This document shows, in pieces, positions 38,083 to 39,224 of a stretch of 39,224 nucleotides of DNA. A program made the translations under genes and the position numbers. The notes under the pieces are model-generated. The model saw nothing but the letters and a program-made list of their open reading frames with translations, was not told the origin of the DNA and made no database searches. The DNA comes from Candidatus Omnitrophota bacterium (GTDB lineage Bacteria > Omnitrophota > Gorgyraeia > Gygaellales > JAMWCP01): assembly GCA_023819505.1 (NCBI GenBank), contig JAMWCN010000002.1, positions 1 to 39,224 on the forward strand. The letters run 5' to 3'. Every line of letters starts with the position of its first letter. The stretch's first letter is position 1.

Positions 38083-39075
38083 ATGGCAAAGATATACTAT
38101 GATCAGGATGCGGATTTAGAGATTTTGAAGGATAAGACTATTGCCATTATTGGTTATGGAATTCAAGGAAGAGGACAGGCTTTATGTTTAAGGGATTCCG
38201 GATGTCGGGTAGTAGTAGCAGAATTATCTGGAACAGCTAACTTTGAAACTGCCAAAAAAGATGGTTTTGTTCCTGTTTCAGCAAAAGAAGCAGCGGAGGC
38301 AGCTGATATTATTCAAATTTTAACTCAAGACCATCTTCAGGCAAAAGTTTATAAAGAAGATATCAGACCTGCATTGAAAAAAGGAAAAGCTTTATGTTTT
38401 TCTCATGGGTTTAACATCCGTTTTAAACAGATAAAACCACCAAAGAATATTGATGTCTTTATGGTCGCTCCTAAAGGACCAGGTGCTTTGGTAAGAAAGA
38501 TGTACGAAGAAGGGAAAGGTGTTCCTTCGCTGGTGGCAGTATTTCAGGATGCAACTGGTGAAGCATTAAAGCTAGCTTTAGCTTATGCTAAAGCAATCGG
38601 TGCAACAAAAGCAGGGGTAATCCAGACTACTTTTGAAGAAGAAACTGAAACGGATCTATTTGGAGAACAGGCAGTTTTATGTGGAGGAGTAACCGAACTT
38701 ATAAAAGCAGGTTTTGATACACTGGTGGAGGCAGGCTATCAACCTGAAATTGCCTATTTTGAGGTTTTACATGAATTGAAACTTATCACTGATCTGATTC
38801 AGGAGTTTGGTATCTCTGGTATGCGTAGGCGTGTTTCTAATACTGCCTGTTATGGAGATTTGACCAGAGGGCCTAAAGTGATTGATCAAAAGGTACGCAA
38901 AACAATGAAAAAAATTCTTAAAGATATAAAATCTGGTAAATTTGCTCGGGAGTGGATTAAGGAAAATGAATTAGGCAGGCCAAATTTTAATCGCCTGTTA
39001 CAGGAAGCAGATAATCACCCTATTGAGGAGGTAGGGAAAAAATTAAGAGAGATGATGCCCTGGATGCATAAGTAG
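38083..39075 (+). CDS. ilvC: Ketol-acid reductoisomerase (class I)
   Basis: [25 protein letters not shown] and [14 protein letters not shown] motifs. Confidence 0.95.
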   Translation: MAKIYYDQDADLEILKDKTIAIIGYGIQGRGQALCLRDSGCRVVVAELSGTANFETAKKDGFVPVSAKEAAEAADIIQILTQDHLQAKVYKEDIRPALKKGKALCFSHGFNIRFKQIKPPKNIDVFMVAPKGPGALVRKMYEEGKGVPSLVAVFQDATGEALKLALAYAKAIGATKAGVIQTTFEEETETDLFGEQAVLCGGVTELIKAGFDTLVEAGYQPEIAYFEVLHELKLITDLIQEFGISGMRRRVSNTACYGDLTRGPKVIDQKVRKTMKKILKDIKSGKFAREWIKENELGRPNFNRLLQEADNHPIEEVGKKLREMMPWMHK

Positions 39076-39093
39076 TTAAATTTGATTCAAAAG

Positions 39094-39224
39094 ATGGATA
39101 AAATTATTATTTTTGATACAACCTTAAGAGACGGTGAACAGGCACCAGGAGCAAGTTTAATTTCAGAACAGAAATTAGAGATTGCGCGTCAACTGGAGAG
39201 TTTAGGTGTAGATATAATTGAGGC
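39094..39224 (+). CDS. leuA: 2-isopropylmalate synthase, N-terminal fragment (runs off the window)
   Basis: [19 protein letters not shown] signature. Citramalate synthase cannot be excluded from 43 residues. Confidence 0.75.
   Translation, partial: MDKIIIFDTTLRDGEQAPGASLISEQKLEIARQLESLGVDIIE

Noticed and set aside
1-39224. CRISPR arrays, IS elements, integrases, reverse transcriptase/retron/DGR components, rRNA
   Set aside because: No spaced direct-repeat array, terminal inverted repeats or matching protein motifs were seen on either strand. The only tandem repeat is the 12-bp duplication in rnfG.

Overview
AT-rich, densely packed chromosomal segment, by gene content from a diderm and probably anaerobic bacterium (Rnf complex, lpxB, msbA, outer-membrane barrel). 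Most of it is housekeeping. Left to right: the 3' part of a frameshifted outer-membrane beta-barrel gene plus two tandem paralogous small membrane proteins; tRNA-Thr; an MFS transporter and rnfC-G-D-E-A-B followed by purN; on the minus strand an FtsH-like protease with an overlapping lipoprotein gene; a 470-bp intergenic region; an FMN glutamate-synthase-family gene; a REC-EAL regulator; an M48 protease; a minus-strand operon (Gfo/Idh/MocA oxidoreductase, lpxB, tandem HD-GYP); msbA; rpsB-tsf-pyrH-frr; tRNA-Lys/Leu/Gly; ptsN, a yvcK-like gene, ptsH, ptsI; PGI/PMI; a sugar nucleotidyltransferase; metK; ahcY; pfkA; class II aldolase; a two-gene cassette; ilvD-ilvB-ilvN-ilvC and the start of leuA. 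I found no CRISPR array, rRNA, transposase, integrase or reverse transcriptase. The best candidates for something undescribed are: (1) the small-protein plus minimal-nucleotidyltransferase cassette between fba and ilvD, flanked by imperfect hairpin repeats; (2) a 23-codon ORF with a perfect extended -10 and a strong SD in the long intergenic region; (3) five operon-first genes whose -10 hexamer lies 7-11 nt from the ATG with no SD, suggesting leaderless mRNAs; (4) the tandem small membrane paralogs beside the barrel gene; (5) the FtsH-like/lipoprotein pair. All functional calls come from reading motifs by eye; no database search was run.
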